Shown piece after piece: positions 8,456-18,517 of a stretch of 42,722 bases of DNA; the first letter of the stretch is position 1, and each line of letters begins with the position of its first letter. The notes beneath the pieces are model-generated. The model ran no database searches. It saw nothing but the letters and a program-made list of their open reading frames with translations, and had not been told where the DNA came from. A program made the translations under genes and the position numbers. This DNA comes from Halodesulfurarchaeum sp. (lineage in GTDB: Archaea > Halobacteriota > Halobacteria > Halobacteriales > Halobacteriaceae): NCBI GenBank assembly GCA_042216015.1, contig JBDGUI010000043.1, forward strand, positions 1 through 42,722. The letters are read 5' to 3'.

Positions 8456-9106
8456 TCAGTTCACCAGCTCGGCGACCAGTTCCGCCACTCGCTCCTGTTC
8501 CTCGCGGTTGACCGTGTGGGCCATCCCCTCGTAGAGACGCATATCCACGTCGGCGGAAAGCGTCTCGAAGACCGCGGCGGTCTCTCGGACCCGCTCCGCC
8601 GGGATGTGGGGATCCACGTCGCTACACCCGATGAAGACGGGAGTTCCGGCAAGGTCTCCCTCGTAGTCCGCCGGGTCGACCGTCTCGCCCAGCAGGCCAC
8701 CACTGAGGGCGGCGAGACCGCCGTAGCGGGTGGAATTTCGCGCCAGAAACTCGCTCGCGAGACAGGCGCCCTGGGAGAACCCGGCGAGCATGATCCGTTC
8801 GTTCGGGATGCCTGCATTTCGTGCCTTCTCGATGGCGTCTTCGATCGCCTGGAGACCGGAGGTCCGCCCCGGCTCGTTCGACTCGACCGGGGCGAGAAAG
8901 GAGTTCGGATACCACTCGCTGCCGGCGGCCTGTGGGGCCAGGAGGGCGACCCCCTCGTCGTGGACCTGCCGGCCCAACTGCGTGATGCTCCGGGCGCTCG
9001 CTCCGCGACCGTGAACCAGCACGAGGGCCGCCTCCGCCGACTCGAGGGAGGTGCCCGCCTCGATCAGGGGCTGGTCCTGATGCGGCCCCGCGTTCGCGTC
9101 GCTCAT
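8456..9106 (-). CDS. alpha/beta hydrolase (phospholipase/carboxylesterase, MhqD-like)
   Basis: HGRG, GFSQG nucleophile elbow, DPHIP and MAH motifs; start MSDANAG overlaps the upstream stop. Confidence 0.9.
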   Translation of the reverse strand: MSDANAGPHQDQPLIEAGTSLESAEAALVLVHGRGASARSITQLGRQVHDEGVALLAPQAAGSEWYPNSFLAPVESNEPGRTSGLQAIEDAIEKARNAGIPNERIMLAGFSQGACLASEFLARNSTRYGGLAALSGGLLGETVDPADYEGDLAGTPVFIGCSDVDPHIPAERVRETAAVFETLSADVDMRLYEGMAHTVNREEQERVAELVAELVN

Positions 9107-10041
9107 CGCGACCCCGCCGGCAGCGAGAGGTCCGGCAGCCCCGCCTCGATCTCCGCCCGGCGATCTTCGAGCCAGTCGGGCAGCACGAGCTCGCTTCCGA
9201 GCGCCTCGAGGTCCTCGTCGACCGAATAGCCCGGCGTTTCGGTGGCGAACTCGAAGAGGATCCCGGCCGGGGTCCTCGCGTACACCGACTCGAACCACTT
9301 CCGGTCGATGATCTCGGTCGGGCTCAATCCCCACTCGATCAGCATCTCTCGCCATGCCGACTGCTCGGCCGCGGCCACCCGGAAGGCGACGTGGTGGACC
9401 GTCCCGGCACCTGGCCGGCCGCGCTCGGCCTCGGGATCGAGCCGGAGGTCGAGGACGGATCCGATGGCCCCACGGGACTCGTATCGGGTTCGGGCCCCGG
9501 ACGCTCCGGTCTTCTCGAAGCCCATCGCCTCGAGGAGTTCCCTCATTCCCCGGTCGGCCCCGACGGTGAGAGTCACGCCGTGGAACCCACGGATTGCGTG
9601 TTCCGCCGGGAGGGGTCCCTCGGGTGGCGCTCCGTCAGGCGCGTCGGTTGCCACGAGTTCGAGCGGGAGTCCGTCGGGATCGCGGAACGGGATGACCGTC
9701 TCGCCGAAGCGCTCGATGGGCTCGTCACGGCCGATGCCCGCTGCCGCGAGCCGGTCTGTCCAGTACTCGAGACCCGCAGCCGGGATCGCGAACTGTACCG
9801 TCGTCGCCTGCCCGGCCCCGACCCGGCCCGAATTGGCTCCGGGATACGGGAAAAACGTCATGCTCGTTCCGGGGCTTCCCTCCCGGTCGCCATAGAAGAG
9901 GTGATAGACCGAGACGTCGTCCTGATTGACGCTCTTTTTCACGAGTCGGAGACCCAGCGTCTGGGTGTAAAATTCCAGGTTCCGAGCCGGGTCGGCCCCG
10001 ATGGCCGTCACGTGGTGGATTCCAGGTGTGGCGAGAGTCAT
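9103..10041 (-). CDS. VOC-family ring-cleaving dioxygenase (MhqA/MhqO-like)
   Basis: GIHHVTAI, VNQDD-YHLFYG, GTVHHVAF, DRKWFESVY and GILFEFAT motifs. Confidence 0.92.
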   Translation of the reverse strand: MTLATPGIHHVTAIGADPARNLEFYTQTLGLRLVKKSVNQDDVSVYHLFYGDREGSPGTSMTFFPYPGANSGRVGAGQATTVQFAIPAAGLEYWTDRLAAAGIGRDEPIERFGETVIPFRDPDGLPLELVATDAPDGAPPEGPLPAEHAIRGFHGVTLTVGADRGMRELLEAMGFEKTGASGARTRYESRGAIGSVLDLRLDPEAERGRPGAGTVHHVAFRVAAAEQSAWREMLIEWGLSPTEIIDRKWFESVYARTPAGILFEFATETPGYSVDEDLEALGSELVLPDWLEDRRAEIEAGLPDLSLPAGSR

Positions 10042-10098
10042 ACAGACGATAGGTCAGGGCGGCGAATAACCCTGTGGGCTGGGGAAGGCTGTGGCGGC

Positions 10099-10926
10099 TC
10101 ACCCGAACTTCCCGGAGATGTAGTCCTCGACCCGCTCGTTGTGCGGGTTCTGGAAGATGCGTTCGGTCTCGCCGTACTCGACGAGGTGTCCCCCGGTGAG
10201 GAAGACCGCCGTCTTATCCGAGATTCGGGCGGCCTGCTGCATGTTGTGCGTGACGATGACGACGGTGTAGTCCTCCGCGAGCTCCTCGATGAGGTCCTCG
10301 ATCTTGGACGTCGCGACGGGGTCGAGGGCACTCGCGGGTTCGTCCATCAGGACGACTTCGGGGTCGACCGCGATGGCGCGGGCGATGCAGAGTCGCTGCT
10401 GCTGGCCGCCCGAGAGATCGGTCCCACGCTCGTCGAGCCGGTCTTTGACCTCGTCCCAGAGGGCGGCCTGCTTGAGCGCTCGCTCGACCCGTTCGTCGAG
10501 GTTCTCGGTGTCGTTCTGGATGCGCGGCCCGTAGGCGACGTTGTCGTAGATGCTCTTGGGGAAGGGATTGGGGGCCTGGAAGACCATGCCGACCCGTCGC
10601 CTGAGCGCGACCGCGTCGACGTCCTCGTCGTAGACGTTCTTGCCCTTGAATCGGAGTTCCCCCGTGACCCGAGCGATGTCGATGAGGTCGTTCATCCGGT
10701 TGATCGAGCGGAGGAACGTCGACTTCCCACAGCCCGACGGACCGATGATGGCCGTGACCTTCTTTTCGGGAATGGACATGGAGACGTCGTTGAGCGCTCG
10801 CTCCTCGCCGTAGTAGACGTCGAGGTCCTCCGCCTCGATGATCGTGTCCGTCTCGGGAACCTGCTCGACGTCACGGTCGGCGCCCGCCGATTCGCCGAGT
10901 CCGGTCTCGTCCCACTTCCCGCTCAT
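10099..10926 (-). CDS. pstB: phosphate ABC transporter ATP-binding protein
   Basis: [43 protein letters not shown] and YISGKFG. Confidence 0.97.
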   Translation of the reverse strand: MSGKWDETGLGESAGADRDVEQVPETDTIIEAEDLDVYYGEERALNDVSMSIPEKKVTAIIGPSGCGKSTFLRSINRMNDLIDIARVTGELRFKGKNVYDEDVDAVALRRRVGMVFQAPNPFPKSIYDNVAYGPRIQNDTENLDERVERALKQAALWDEVKDRLDERGTDLSGGQQQRLCIARAIAVDPEVVLMDEPASALDPVATSKIEDLIEELAEDYTVVIVTHNMQQAARISDKTAVFLTGGHLVEYGETERIFQNPHNERVEDYISGKFG

Positions 10927-10944
10927 CGCTTCCTCGCCTCGTGT

Positions 10945-12537
10945 TTAGGCCTGGGTTTCATATCTGTTGCGGAGGTAGATCGCGAGCACGTTCATCGAAA
11001 GCATTACCACCAGCAGCGTGACGACCCCGGCCGGCGCGACGAGTTCCCGGAACGCCGACTTGATGCTGAACGACCAGTAGAAGACCTGTAGGGGCATCGC
11101 GGAGACCTGGCTCGTGAAGCCGGTCGGCGGACTGAAGACCGTCGTCGCCGCCCCGATCATCAGGAGGGGCGCCGTCTCCCCGATCGCCCGGCTGAGGGCC
11201 AGGATCGTCCCCGTGAGGATGCCCGGAACTGCCCGGGGCAGCACGACCTCCCGGATGGTCTGCCAGCGGGTCGCGCCCATCCCGTAGGAGGCCTGCCGGA
11301 CCTCCTCGGGAACCGATCGAATGGCCTCCTGGGCGGAGATGATCACGATCGGGAGGATCAGAAGCGAGAGCGTGAGCCCCGCCACGAGCACGATCCCCAG
11401 TCCCATCCCGAGGAGGTTGACGAAGAGGCCCAGCCCGAGGAGGCCGTACACCACCGATGGCACCCCGGCGAGGTTCGCGATGTTCACCCGAATCACCCGG
11501 GTGATCGTGCCCCCGAGCCCGGTCTGGGGGGCGTATTCCTCGAGGTAGATCGCGGCCCCGACACCCACGACGAAGGAGACGATCGCGACGATCGCGATGA
11601 TGAACACCGACCCGACGATCGCGGGGAACAGCCCCGATTCGGCCGGGATCGTCGAGGGCGCACTCGTCAGGAACTGCCAGTCGAGATACGGTTCCGGCCC
11701 GTGCCTGCCGATGGCGTTCCCCAGGCCGATCCCGGCCACGATCGCCACGAGGGCCACGACCGGCGCGAGCAGCCCCGGCCAGTTCCGCCGATCCCGTGCC
11801 AGGACCGACCCGCCGTACCATACCACCGGCAGCCCGAGGGCCGCATAGAGGATCAGGGCGGTGTCGGGCGTGACGCCGATGACGGCGGGGCCGACGAAAC
11901 TGGCGAGGATCCCACCGGCGACGGTCGCCCCGAGGATCGTGGTCTGTCGTCGTCGCTCGCCCGGCACCTGCCTGTACGCGATGAGGGCTCCGGCCGGAAC
12001 CACGAGCACCCAGAGGAGCATGATCCACTTCGTCGGTCTGACGGGGACGATCGGCTCGAGAAAGAACCCGAGCCCGAGCCCCAGCAGTCCAACGACACCC
12101 GCCACGAGCGGGGCCCGCGAGTCGTCTCGACTGGCGTAGTGGGCGTAGACCGCCACCGCCGGGATCACGCTCACGGTGTAGTACACGAAGAGGAGGAAGG
12201 GTGAAAAGACGAGAAAGAGGACGAACAGCCCCCCGCTCAGTATGAGTCCGGCCGGGGGGATGACCGTCGCCCGGATCGCGATCCACCGCAGGTCAGGTCG
12301 GCGACGGGAGAGCAGTCCCGCGTAGGTGAGAATCGGGATCCCGAACCCGAGTATCGCTCCCAGATACCAGCCGAGACTCGCCGCTTGCAGCCCGAACGCG
12401 TCGACCACGACCATGAAGAGCAGCCACGCGAGCACGACGATCCCGAACCAGGAGGCCCCCCTCGCGAGCCCGGCGAAGATTTTCCCCCGAGTCCGATTGA
12501 CCCCGGAGAAGCCTGTTTCGGAGGAATTGCCCGCCAT
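10945..12537 (-). CDS. pstA: phosphate ABC transporter permease PstA (extended N-terminal membrane region)
   Basis: AIYLEEY, NLAGVPSVVYGLLG and RAIGETAPL; position in the pst operon. Confidence 0.95.
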   Translation of the reverse strand: MAGNSSETGFSGVNRTRGKIFAGLARGASWFGIVVLAWLLFMVVVDAFGLQAASLGWYLGAILGFGIPILTYAGLLSRRRPDLRWIAIRATVIPPAGLILSGGLFVLFLVFSPFLLFVYYTVSVIPAVAVYAHYASRDDSRAPLVAGVVGLLGLGLGFFLEPIVPVRPTKWIMLLWVLVVPAGALIAYRQVPGERRRQTTILGATVAGGILASFVGPAVIGVTPDTALILYAALGLPVVWYGGSVLARDRRNWPGLLAPVVALVAIVAGIGLGNAIGRHGPEPYLDWQFLTSAPSTIPAESGLFPAIVGSVFIIAIVAIVSFVVGVGAAIYLEEYAPQTGLGGTITRVIRVNIANLAGVPSVVYGLLGLGLFVNLLGMGLGIVLVAGLTLSLLILPIVIISAQEAIRSVPEEVRQASYGMGATRWQTIREVVLPRAVPGILTGTILALSRAIGETAPLLMIGAATTVFSPPTGFTSQVSAMPLQVFYWSFSIKSAFRELVAPAGVVTLLVVMLSMNVLAIYLRNRYETQA

Positions 12538-12538
12538 T

Positions 12539-13513
12539 TCAGTATTCCTCCCGGTAGCGCTCGGAGATCACGTTGCTCACGATGTTCATCAGGAGGGTGA
12601 TCGCAAAGAGCGTGAGGCCGATCGCAAAGAGGCTCTTGTACGCGAGTGTCCCACCCGAGATGTCGCTGTTTGCGATCTGAACCATCGCTGCCGTCATCGT
12701 CTGCCCAGAGCCGAGGAGCACCTCGCCCGGGTGGACGAAGGGAATCCCGACTCCCAACAACTCCACGTGCCTGACGTTGGGAAGCGCCGGATCCATTCCC
12801 ATCGCCACCGTGACGATCATGGTCTCGCCGATCGCCCGGGAGATGGCGAGAATGTAGGAGGAGATGATTCCCGAGGTGGCCGCGGGGACGATGATGTCCG
12901 TCGTGACCTCGTACTTCGTCGCTCCCATTCCGTATCCGGCCTCCCGCAGCGTATCGGGGACCGCCGACATCGCGTCCTCTGAGATCGAGGAGACCATGGG
13001 GACGGTCATGATTCCGACCATGAGCGACGCCGAAAGCACGTTGAAGGTCGAAACCCCGTCGAAGAACAGCTCCAAGGCGGGCGTGACGTACACCAGCGCG
13101 AAAAAGCCGTAGATCACCGTCGGGACCCCGGCCAGGATCTCAAGAAGCGGCTTCAGGATGGATCGCGTCCGCGACGTGGCGTACTCGCTGAGGTAGATCG
13201 CCGTGAGGGTTCCGATCGGAATGGCGATGAACGCGGCGATGGCGGTGACCACAAGCGTTCCGAAGACCAGCGGGAGAACGCCGAAGGAAACCGGTCTGAG
13301 ATTGGGGCTCCAGTGCGTGCCGGTCAGGAAGGCGACCGGCGAGTACGACACGAAGAAGTCCACGGCGTCGGCCAAAAGCGTCAGGATGATCGCGATCGTC
13401 GTGAGCACCGTCGCCGCCGCGAACGCGAAGAACACGGCCCTGTAGAACCCCTCCCTGATCGACTGGAAGCCCCGATCTCTTGCGAGGTCCGGGTCCTCCG
13501 AGTACTCGGTCAT
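12539..13513 (-). CDS. pstC: phosphate ABC transporter permease PstC
   Basis: AIYLSEY, LAGVPTVIYG and SRAIGETMIV. Confidence 0.96.
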   Translation of the reverse strand: MTEYSEDPDLARDRGFQSIREGFYRAVFFAFAAATVLTTIAIILTLLADAVDFFVSYSPVAFLTGTHWSPNLRPVSFGVLPLVFGTLVVTAIAAFIAIPIGTLTAIYLSEYATSRTRSILKPLLEILAGVPTVIYGFFALVYVTPALELFFDGVSTFNVLSASLMVGIMTVPMVSSISEDAMSAVPDTLREAGYGMGATKYEVTTDIIVPAATSGIISSYILAISRAIGETMIVTVAMGMDPALPNVRHVELLGVGIPFVHPGEVLLGSGQTMTAAMVQIANSDISGGTLAYKSLFAIGLTLFAITLLMNIVSNVISERYREEY

Positions 13514-13557
13514 TGGCGTGGATTATTGGGGGGAAAAGAAAATCCTAGTGATTCCGT

Positions 13558-14541
13558 TCAGCCGGCGTTTTGAATCGCCGTCTCGAGTTTCTCGAGCTGA
13601 TTCTGGACGGTGGTCTCGCTGTTGGGGACGTATCCGACCCGATCCGCGACGAGTTGCTGGTTCCCGCTCTGTTCGACGTAGAAGCGGGCGAACTCGGCCA
13701 CGTGTCGCTTGGCGAGGGCGTCTTTCGCGGCGTAGGTGAAAAGCGGCCGGGAGAGCGGCTCGTACTCCCCGCTCTTTGCCGTTTCGATGGAGGGCTTCAC
13801 ACAGCCCGATCCGCTGTCGATGGCGAGGGCCTTCACGCTACCCGGATTGTTGTAGTAATAGGCGAAGCCGAAGTATCCGATGCCGTACTTGCTGCCCTGG
13901 ACCCCCTGGACGATCAGGTTGTCGTGTTCGGTCGGCTGGTAATCGCTCGTGTGGTTTTGCTCCTCGCTGAGGACGACTTCCCGGAAGTAATCGAAGGTGC
14001 CAGAGGTCGACGCCGGCCCGAAGCGCTTGATCTCCTTTTCGGGCCACTCGCTGTTGATTCCTGCCCACGTGTTCGGACCCTCCTCGCTCCACAACTGGGC
14101 CAGCTCGTCGAGGGTCACACAGTCGATCCACTCGGCGTCGTTGTTCACGACCACCGTCAGGGCGTCAGTCGCCACCTTGAGTTCGAGCGGTTCGACGCCG
14201 TTTTCGCTGCACTGTTGCAGTTCGGTCTGCGTGATCTGTCGACTCGCGTTGTTGAACTCCGAATTGCCCGGACAGAAGTTGTTCTTGAATCCTCCGCCCG
14301 TCCCGGTGGATTTGACGGCGACGTTGACCTGTGGATGCTTTTTGCCGAACTTCTCGGCGACGGCCTCCGCGAGCGGAAATACCGTCGAGGAACCCGAAAC
14401 CGAGATATCCCCGGAGAGGCCGGTATCGGTTCCCCCATCGTTCGTGCTGGTACAGCCAGCAAGGATCGCGGCTCCGGTCGCCCCGGTTCCGGCGAGCAGT
14501 TGGCGTCTGGTCAGCCCGGATCGGCCGTCATCTCGTGCCAT
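13558..14541 (-). CDS. pstS: phosphate-binding lipoprotein PstS (Tat signal)
   Basis: TRRQLL...LAGC signal; GSSTVFP, GTGGGF and SGTFDYF motifs. Confidence 0.95.
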   Translation of the reverse strand: MARDDGRSGLTRRQLLAGTGATGAAILAGCTSTNDGGTDTGLSGDISVSGSSTVFPLAEAVAEKFGKKHPQVNVAVKSTGTGGGFKNNFCPGNSEFNNASRQITQTELQQCSENGVEPLELKVATDALTVVVNNDAEWIDCVTLDELAQLWSEEGPNTWAGINSEWPEKEIKRFGPASTSGTFDYFREVVLSEEQNHTSDYQPTEHDNLIVQGVQGSKYGIGYFGFAYYYNNPGSVKALAIDSGSGCVKPSIETAKSGEYEPLSRPLFTYAAKDALAKRHVAEFARFYVEQSGNQQLVADRVGYVPNSETTVQNQLEKLETAIQNAG

Positions 14542-14574
14542 CACCCGAACGGAGACGGTGGGCAACTAAAGAGT

Positions 14575-14605
14575 CTGCTATGTGGTCTATATAGAGACGT
14601 ATAGG
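14575..14605 (-). promoter_or_regulatory. AT-rich pst operon promoter region with palindrome TCTATATAGA (14586-14595)
   Basis: AT-rich patch about 45-55 nt upstream of pstS in a GC-rich background. Confidence 0.55.
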
Positions 14606-14862
14606 CATGGGCAACCCGGATCAGGGGGCCGGATTCCGTACACCGGGCGGCCTGGCCGAAAACGTCGCGACGACCGATCCATCCCACCCCCGCTCCACTC
14701 TCACTCCCACCCACACCTCCCTTTCAATTGACGACATCACTCCCGTCCACGGACCTCGACGGGACCGATTCACGTGAACCTGCTCGCGAAAACCTGCCAA
14801 ATCCGATTGAATTCGACCCAAGCGTCGTGTTCTATAAATCGGTGTCTCCCTTTGATCCGATC

Positions 14863-15630
14863 ATGCACCGTCGCTCATTCCTCGCGGCACTCGGCGCGGG
14901 GGCGCTTGGTTCCCTGGCCGGGTGTCAAACCGCTGTCGGGGCCGTCGCGCTGCCGGACGTACCGGAGTCGCGCCTGAAGGAGGGAGGGTGGGAACTCCGC
15001 AACAGGACGAAAAACGAGACGGTCTTCAAGAAGGAGTATAGCTTCATCACCGTCGAGGCGGTCGCCTCCTCCGTGCTCTATGCGGACGCCGCCCTTCGGA
15101 AGGAGGTCCGACAGGACACGCTCGGCGCCATCGACACGGATCTGGCCCTCTTCTCTGCCACCCGCATCGACATGGCCCCGTCAGTGGACGAACTCGGCCC
15201 GGTTCAGGCCGAGGTCGAGGACCGCATCCAGCAGCAGGCCATCGCGGAACTGAAAGGCCGGATGCAGGCGGCCGGAATCGCCGATATCGAGCGGACCGAG
15301 ACCGCCTCACTCGACGTGGCCAGCGGTGTGTCGGCCGAACTGACCGAACTCTCGGGGGTCTATCGGGTCCCCGACATCGAGTTCCCGGTCCGGGAGGACA
15401 CCACGATCACGATTCAGGGCACTGACCTCTCGATCGAGGCGCTATTGGCCGTCTGGGCGGCAAACGGGAACTACCTCGTGACCGGTGGCGCCTATCCGGC
15501 CGAGAACTTCGCTCGTGTGACCGAGACCGACCTGAGTGAGGCGATCTCGGTCACGATCGACGTGGACCTGGGGTTGACCCCCGCGGCCTACCGCGAGGAA
15601 CTCCTCGGGCTGATGAGAAACGTCTCCTGA
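14863..15630 (+). CDS. Tat lipoprotein, haloarchaeal DUF6517-like
   Basis: MHRRSFLAALGAGALGSLAGC signal; TATAAA at about 14833 supports the start at 14863. Confidence 0.8.
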   Translation: MHRRSFLAALGAGALGSLAGCQTAVGAVALPDVPESRLKEGGWELRNRTKNETVFKKEYSFITVEAVASSVLYADAALRKEVRQDTLGAIDTDLALFSATRIDMAPSVDELGPVQAEVEDRIQQQAIAELKGRMQAAGIADIERTETASLDVASGVSAELTELSGVYRVPDIEFPVREDTTITIQGTDLSIEALLAVWAANGNYLVTGGAYPAENFARVTETDLSEAISVTIDVDLGLTPAAYREELLGLMRNVS

Positions 15631-15685
15631 TCGACCTTTCGAGTCAGGCGGGGCCACCGACCCAATTCGAGCCACTCGACCGACC

Positions 15686-16219
15686 CTATTCGAGCCACTC
15701 GGCGAGTTTCGTCAGCGCCCTCGCACGATGTGAGATCTCGTTTTTCTCGCCCATCGCGAGTTCGGCGAAGGTCCGGCCCTCGTACTCGAAGATCGGGTCG
15801 TAGCCGAATCCCCCCTCGCCCCGCGGAGCGACGAGGGAGCCGTCGACGCGCCCCTCGAAGGTCTTCACCCGCTCGTCATCGGCATACCCGATTGCACAGC
15901 GGAACGAGGCGCTCTTCTCCGCCAGGTCGCTTGCGAGATTCCACACCCGCTCGATGCCGAGCGTGTCGTCGACGTACGCCGCGTAAGGGCCCGGAAAGCC
16001 GTCGAGGGCGTGGATATAGAAGCCGGTGTCGTCGACGACGACGGGGTCTGTCCCCTCGAGTGCCTCGTAGGCCTCCTGGGCACCTCGGGCGGCGATTTCA
16101 GCGACGTCGTCGGCCTGGACCTCGTCGTAGTCGTAGTCGACCTGTGTCACCGCGGTGTCGCCCAGGTGTGCTTCCGCCTCCGCGGCCTTCTCGGCGTTCG
16201 TCGTCACGAACCGGAGCAT
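15686..16219 (-). CDS. rdgB: non-canonical purine NTP pyrophosphatase (RdgB/HAM1)
   Basis: TTNAEK, DDTG, LDGFPGPY, GFGYDPIF and KNEISHRARA. Confidence 0.96.
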   Translation of the reverse strand: MLRFVTTNAEKAAEAEAHLGDTAVTQVDYDYDEVQADDVAEIAARGAQEAYEALEGTDPVVVDDTGFYIHALDGFPGPYAAYVDDTLGIERVWNLASDLAEKSASFRCAIGYADDERVKTFEGRVDGSLVAPRGEGGFGYDPIFEYEGRTFAELAMGEKNEISHRARALTKLAEWLE

Positions 16220-16265
16220 ACCTGCCTCTCGCCGACCGCCGAAAAAGGGGTTCCGCTTTCGACCG

Positions 16266-16529
16266 CTACTCCTCGATGACCACGTCGACCGGTTCGTCCT
16301 CCTCCGTCTCCCCCTCGCTCGTCTGCTCCTGGTAGACGAGCAGGCCGGCGAGTCCGAGAACGAGCCAGGACCGCCAGTTCGCGAGGTTGAGCGAGTAGCC
16401 GATCCCGAAGGGCGTCTCGACGATCATCCCCTTGCCCGGCTGCCAGTACGAGGAGAGCAGTCGCTTGAAACTCGGCCGCTCGAAGTTGTAGGGGATCCCG
16501 AAGATCGTCCCCGATGCGTCTTGGCTCAT
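16266..16529 (-). CDS. small membrane protein, DUF5808-like
   Basis: GIPYNFERP and PFGIGYSLNLAN motifs, one TM helix, acidic tail. Confidence 0.8.
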   Translation of the reverse strand: MSQDASGTIFGIPYNFERPSFKRLLSSYWQPGKGMIVETPFGIGYSLNLANWRSWLVLGLAGLLVYQEQTSEGETEEDEPVDVVIEE

Positions 16530-16669
16530 GATTCGCTGTAGGACTGCAGGAGCCTAAACCGTTGTGGGCGGGGCGGGGGAAAGCACCGTCACCCCGACCG
16601 CTAACCGCCCCTCCACCTGCCGAACGACCACCCCCACGTTTATCTGGGAGGGCCGGACCAACCCGACCC

Positions 16670-16790
16670 ATGTAACCAGTCACCGGGCCGGCACCCGGAC
16701 TGTACTGCAGTCACCACTGTGGGCCCCGCAGTGAGTGGGAGATTTCGGCCCGGACGTGCTCCCCTGTTCGCCCCCGGGGGCAAGCATCGA
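16670..16790 (+). ncRNA. candidate structured non-coding RNA
   Basis: TATA-like TTTATC at 16639-16644; nested stems 16683-90/16746-53, 16698-703/16707-12 and 16715-22/16726-33; G-U pairs favour the + strand. Confidence 0.4.
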
Positions 16791-16805
16791 CCGTTTCCCT
16801 ACCAG

Positions 16806-18389
16806 CTACTGATAGCGACCCCGTCCCTCGATCACCCGCAGCCGATCGATGACGGTCGGCTCGCCCACCTCGGCGTAGCGTTCCTCAGCCGCCGCGGCCA
16901 GCTCGTCGGGATTCGGCGCGGTGCCATTCAGGGACTGCTCGAAGACGTGGAGGTCCATCGCATGGTCCTCGACGTCGTCGGTCGAGTAGCCGAGGCCGAA
17001 GTCGATCAACACCGTCTCCGGCCCCGGCCCGTCATCGCACACCCGGACGTTCCGGACGGTCGGATCGCCGTGGACGAACCCGGCGCCGTGGATGGTTGCC
17101 AGATGCTCCCCGACCTCGCCCACACGAGAGGCCGTCAAGGCGTCCCGGAGGTCTCGCTTGCCCACGCGCTCGAATTCGATCGTCGTCTCCCGCAGGTCGA
17201 CGTCCCGGATGATGGGGGTCGGGACGCCCAGCGTGCGAGCGTCCCGGGTCAGTCGTGCCTCCTGAACGGTTCGCTCCCGCCGCAGCCGGCCGTCGAGTTC
17301 CGGATGCCGGTAGGATTTGGGCTGTCGAACCTTCCGGACGACACCGTCCTCGAATTCGACGACTGCTTCCGCGCCGGCGAACTCTGCAGCCCAGCCCCGC
17401 GGCTCCGGTACGGTGTCGTCGCGCCAGGTCACCACCACCTGATCCGGGCGGAAGTCCGAATCGATTCCCGAATTCTCGATTGGAATCGTCTCCCCGGCCT
17501 CGGCCATCGTGGCGCCGAGCACGGCGATCATTCCCGCATTGTCGCGGAGGAGTTCGGGCTCGGGGGCGAAGAACTCGGCCCCGCGCTGGTCGGTCATCTC
17601 CCGGAGCATCGCTTGGAGTCTGGCGTTTTGGCCGACGCCGCCGCCGAGCACGAGTTCGTCCCGGCCGGTGAGCGAGAGCGCCCGCTCCGTGACCTCGGTG
17701 AGCATCGCGAAGATGTTCTCCTGGAGGGCGAAGCTCACGTCCTCGACCGGAGTTCCCTCGTCGAGGAGATCCTTCGCGGCGCTCATGATCCCCGAGAAGG
17801 AGAAGTCCATCCCCTTCACGACGTAGGGCAGCTCGACGTACTCGCCGTCCCGGGCGGCCCGCTCGACCTTCGGCCCGCCCGGATGGGACCAGCCGACGTG
17901 GCGGGTGAACTTATCGAGGGCGTTCCCCACGCCGGTGTCCATGGTCTCGCCGAGCACCCGGTACCGGCCGTTTCGGAAGCCCAGCACGTGGGCGTTCGCG
18001 CCGGAGGCGTTCAGGCAGATCGGCGAGTCGAACCCCGAGCGCTGGCGCCCGATCTCGAGGTGGGCAATCATGTGGTTGACCCCGACGAGTTCCACCCCAA
18101 GCGTGCCCGCGAGCGTGCGGGCGGCCGTGCCGACGATCCGCAGGCACGGGCCCAGCCCCGGGCCGCAGGAGAACGCGACCGCGTCGATCGGCCCGGCCGC
18201 CGCATCGAGTGCGGTCTCCACCACGTCCGGAATCGCCACCCGCATGTGCTCGGCCGCCTCGCGCGGATGAATCCCGCCGCTGTCGGGCTGGTACGCGTCG
18301 GTCTCGATGAAGAGTTCGTCCGAACTCGACTCGTAGACGGCAGCGCTCGCGGCCCACGCCGTCCCCTCGATGGCGAGGACCCGCGTCAC
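16806..18389 (-). CDS. kae1: bifunctional t6A synthase Kae1 / Bud32 kinase fusion
   Basis: [28 protein letters not shown] and DNAGMIA (Kae1); GAEA, HGDPT and LIDFGL (Bud32). GTG start overlaps the rps27ae stop. Confidence 0.96.
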   Translation of the reverse strand: MTRVLAIEGTAWAASAAVYESSSDELFIETDAYQPDSGGIHPREAAEHMRVAIPDVVETALDAAAGPIDAVAFSCGPGLGPCLRIVGTAARTLAGTLGVELVGVNHMIAHLEIGRQRSGFDSPICLNASGANAHVLGFRNGRYRVLGETMDTGVGNALDKFTRHVGWSHPGGPKVERAARDGEYVELPYVVKGMDFSFSGIMSAAKDLLDEGTPVEDVSFALQENIFAMLTEVTERALSLTGRDELVLGGGVGQNARLQAMLREMTDQRGAEFFAPEPELLRDNAGMIAVLGATMAEAGETIPIENSGIDSDFRPDQVVVTWRDDTVPEPRGWAAEFAGAEAVVEFEDGVVRKVRQPKSYRHPELDGRLRRERTVQEARLTRDARTLGVPTPIIRDVDLRETTIEFERVGKRDLRDALTASRVGEVGEHLATIHGAGFVHGDPTVRNVRVCDDGPGPETVLIDFGLGYSTDDVEDHAMDLHVFEQSLNGTAPNPDELAAAAEERYAEVGEPTVIDRLRVIEGRGRYQ

Positions 18390-18517
18390 TTCCACTCGGT
18401 GTAGCCACAGCGCCCACAGTGCTGGCGGTCGCTGTGGTCGGCGAGGAAGGCGTCTTCACACCGCGGGCACCGATCCTTGCTGAGTTCGCCGTCCTCGTAG
18501 AAGTCGCCGCGGGCCAT
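18386..18517 (-). CDS. rps27ae: 30S ribosomal protein S27ae (eS31), missing from the ORF track
   Basis: [47 protein letters not shown]...CGRC zinc ribbon; lies between rps24e and kae1. Confidence 0.95.
   Translation of the reverse strand: MARGDFYEDGELSKDRCPRCEDAFLADHSDRQHCGRCGYTEWK

Noticed and set aside
9391..11091. 566-aa plus-strand ORF
   Set aside because: Antisense shadow of pstB and the VOC gene, produced by GAC/GAG/GTC/CTC codon symmetry.
16719..18404. 561-aa ORF antisense to kae1
   Set aside because: Antisense shadow with no recognisable motifs.
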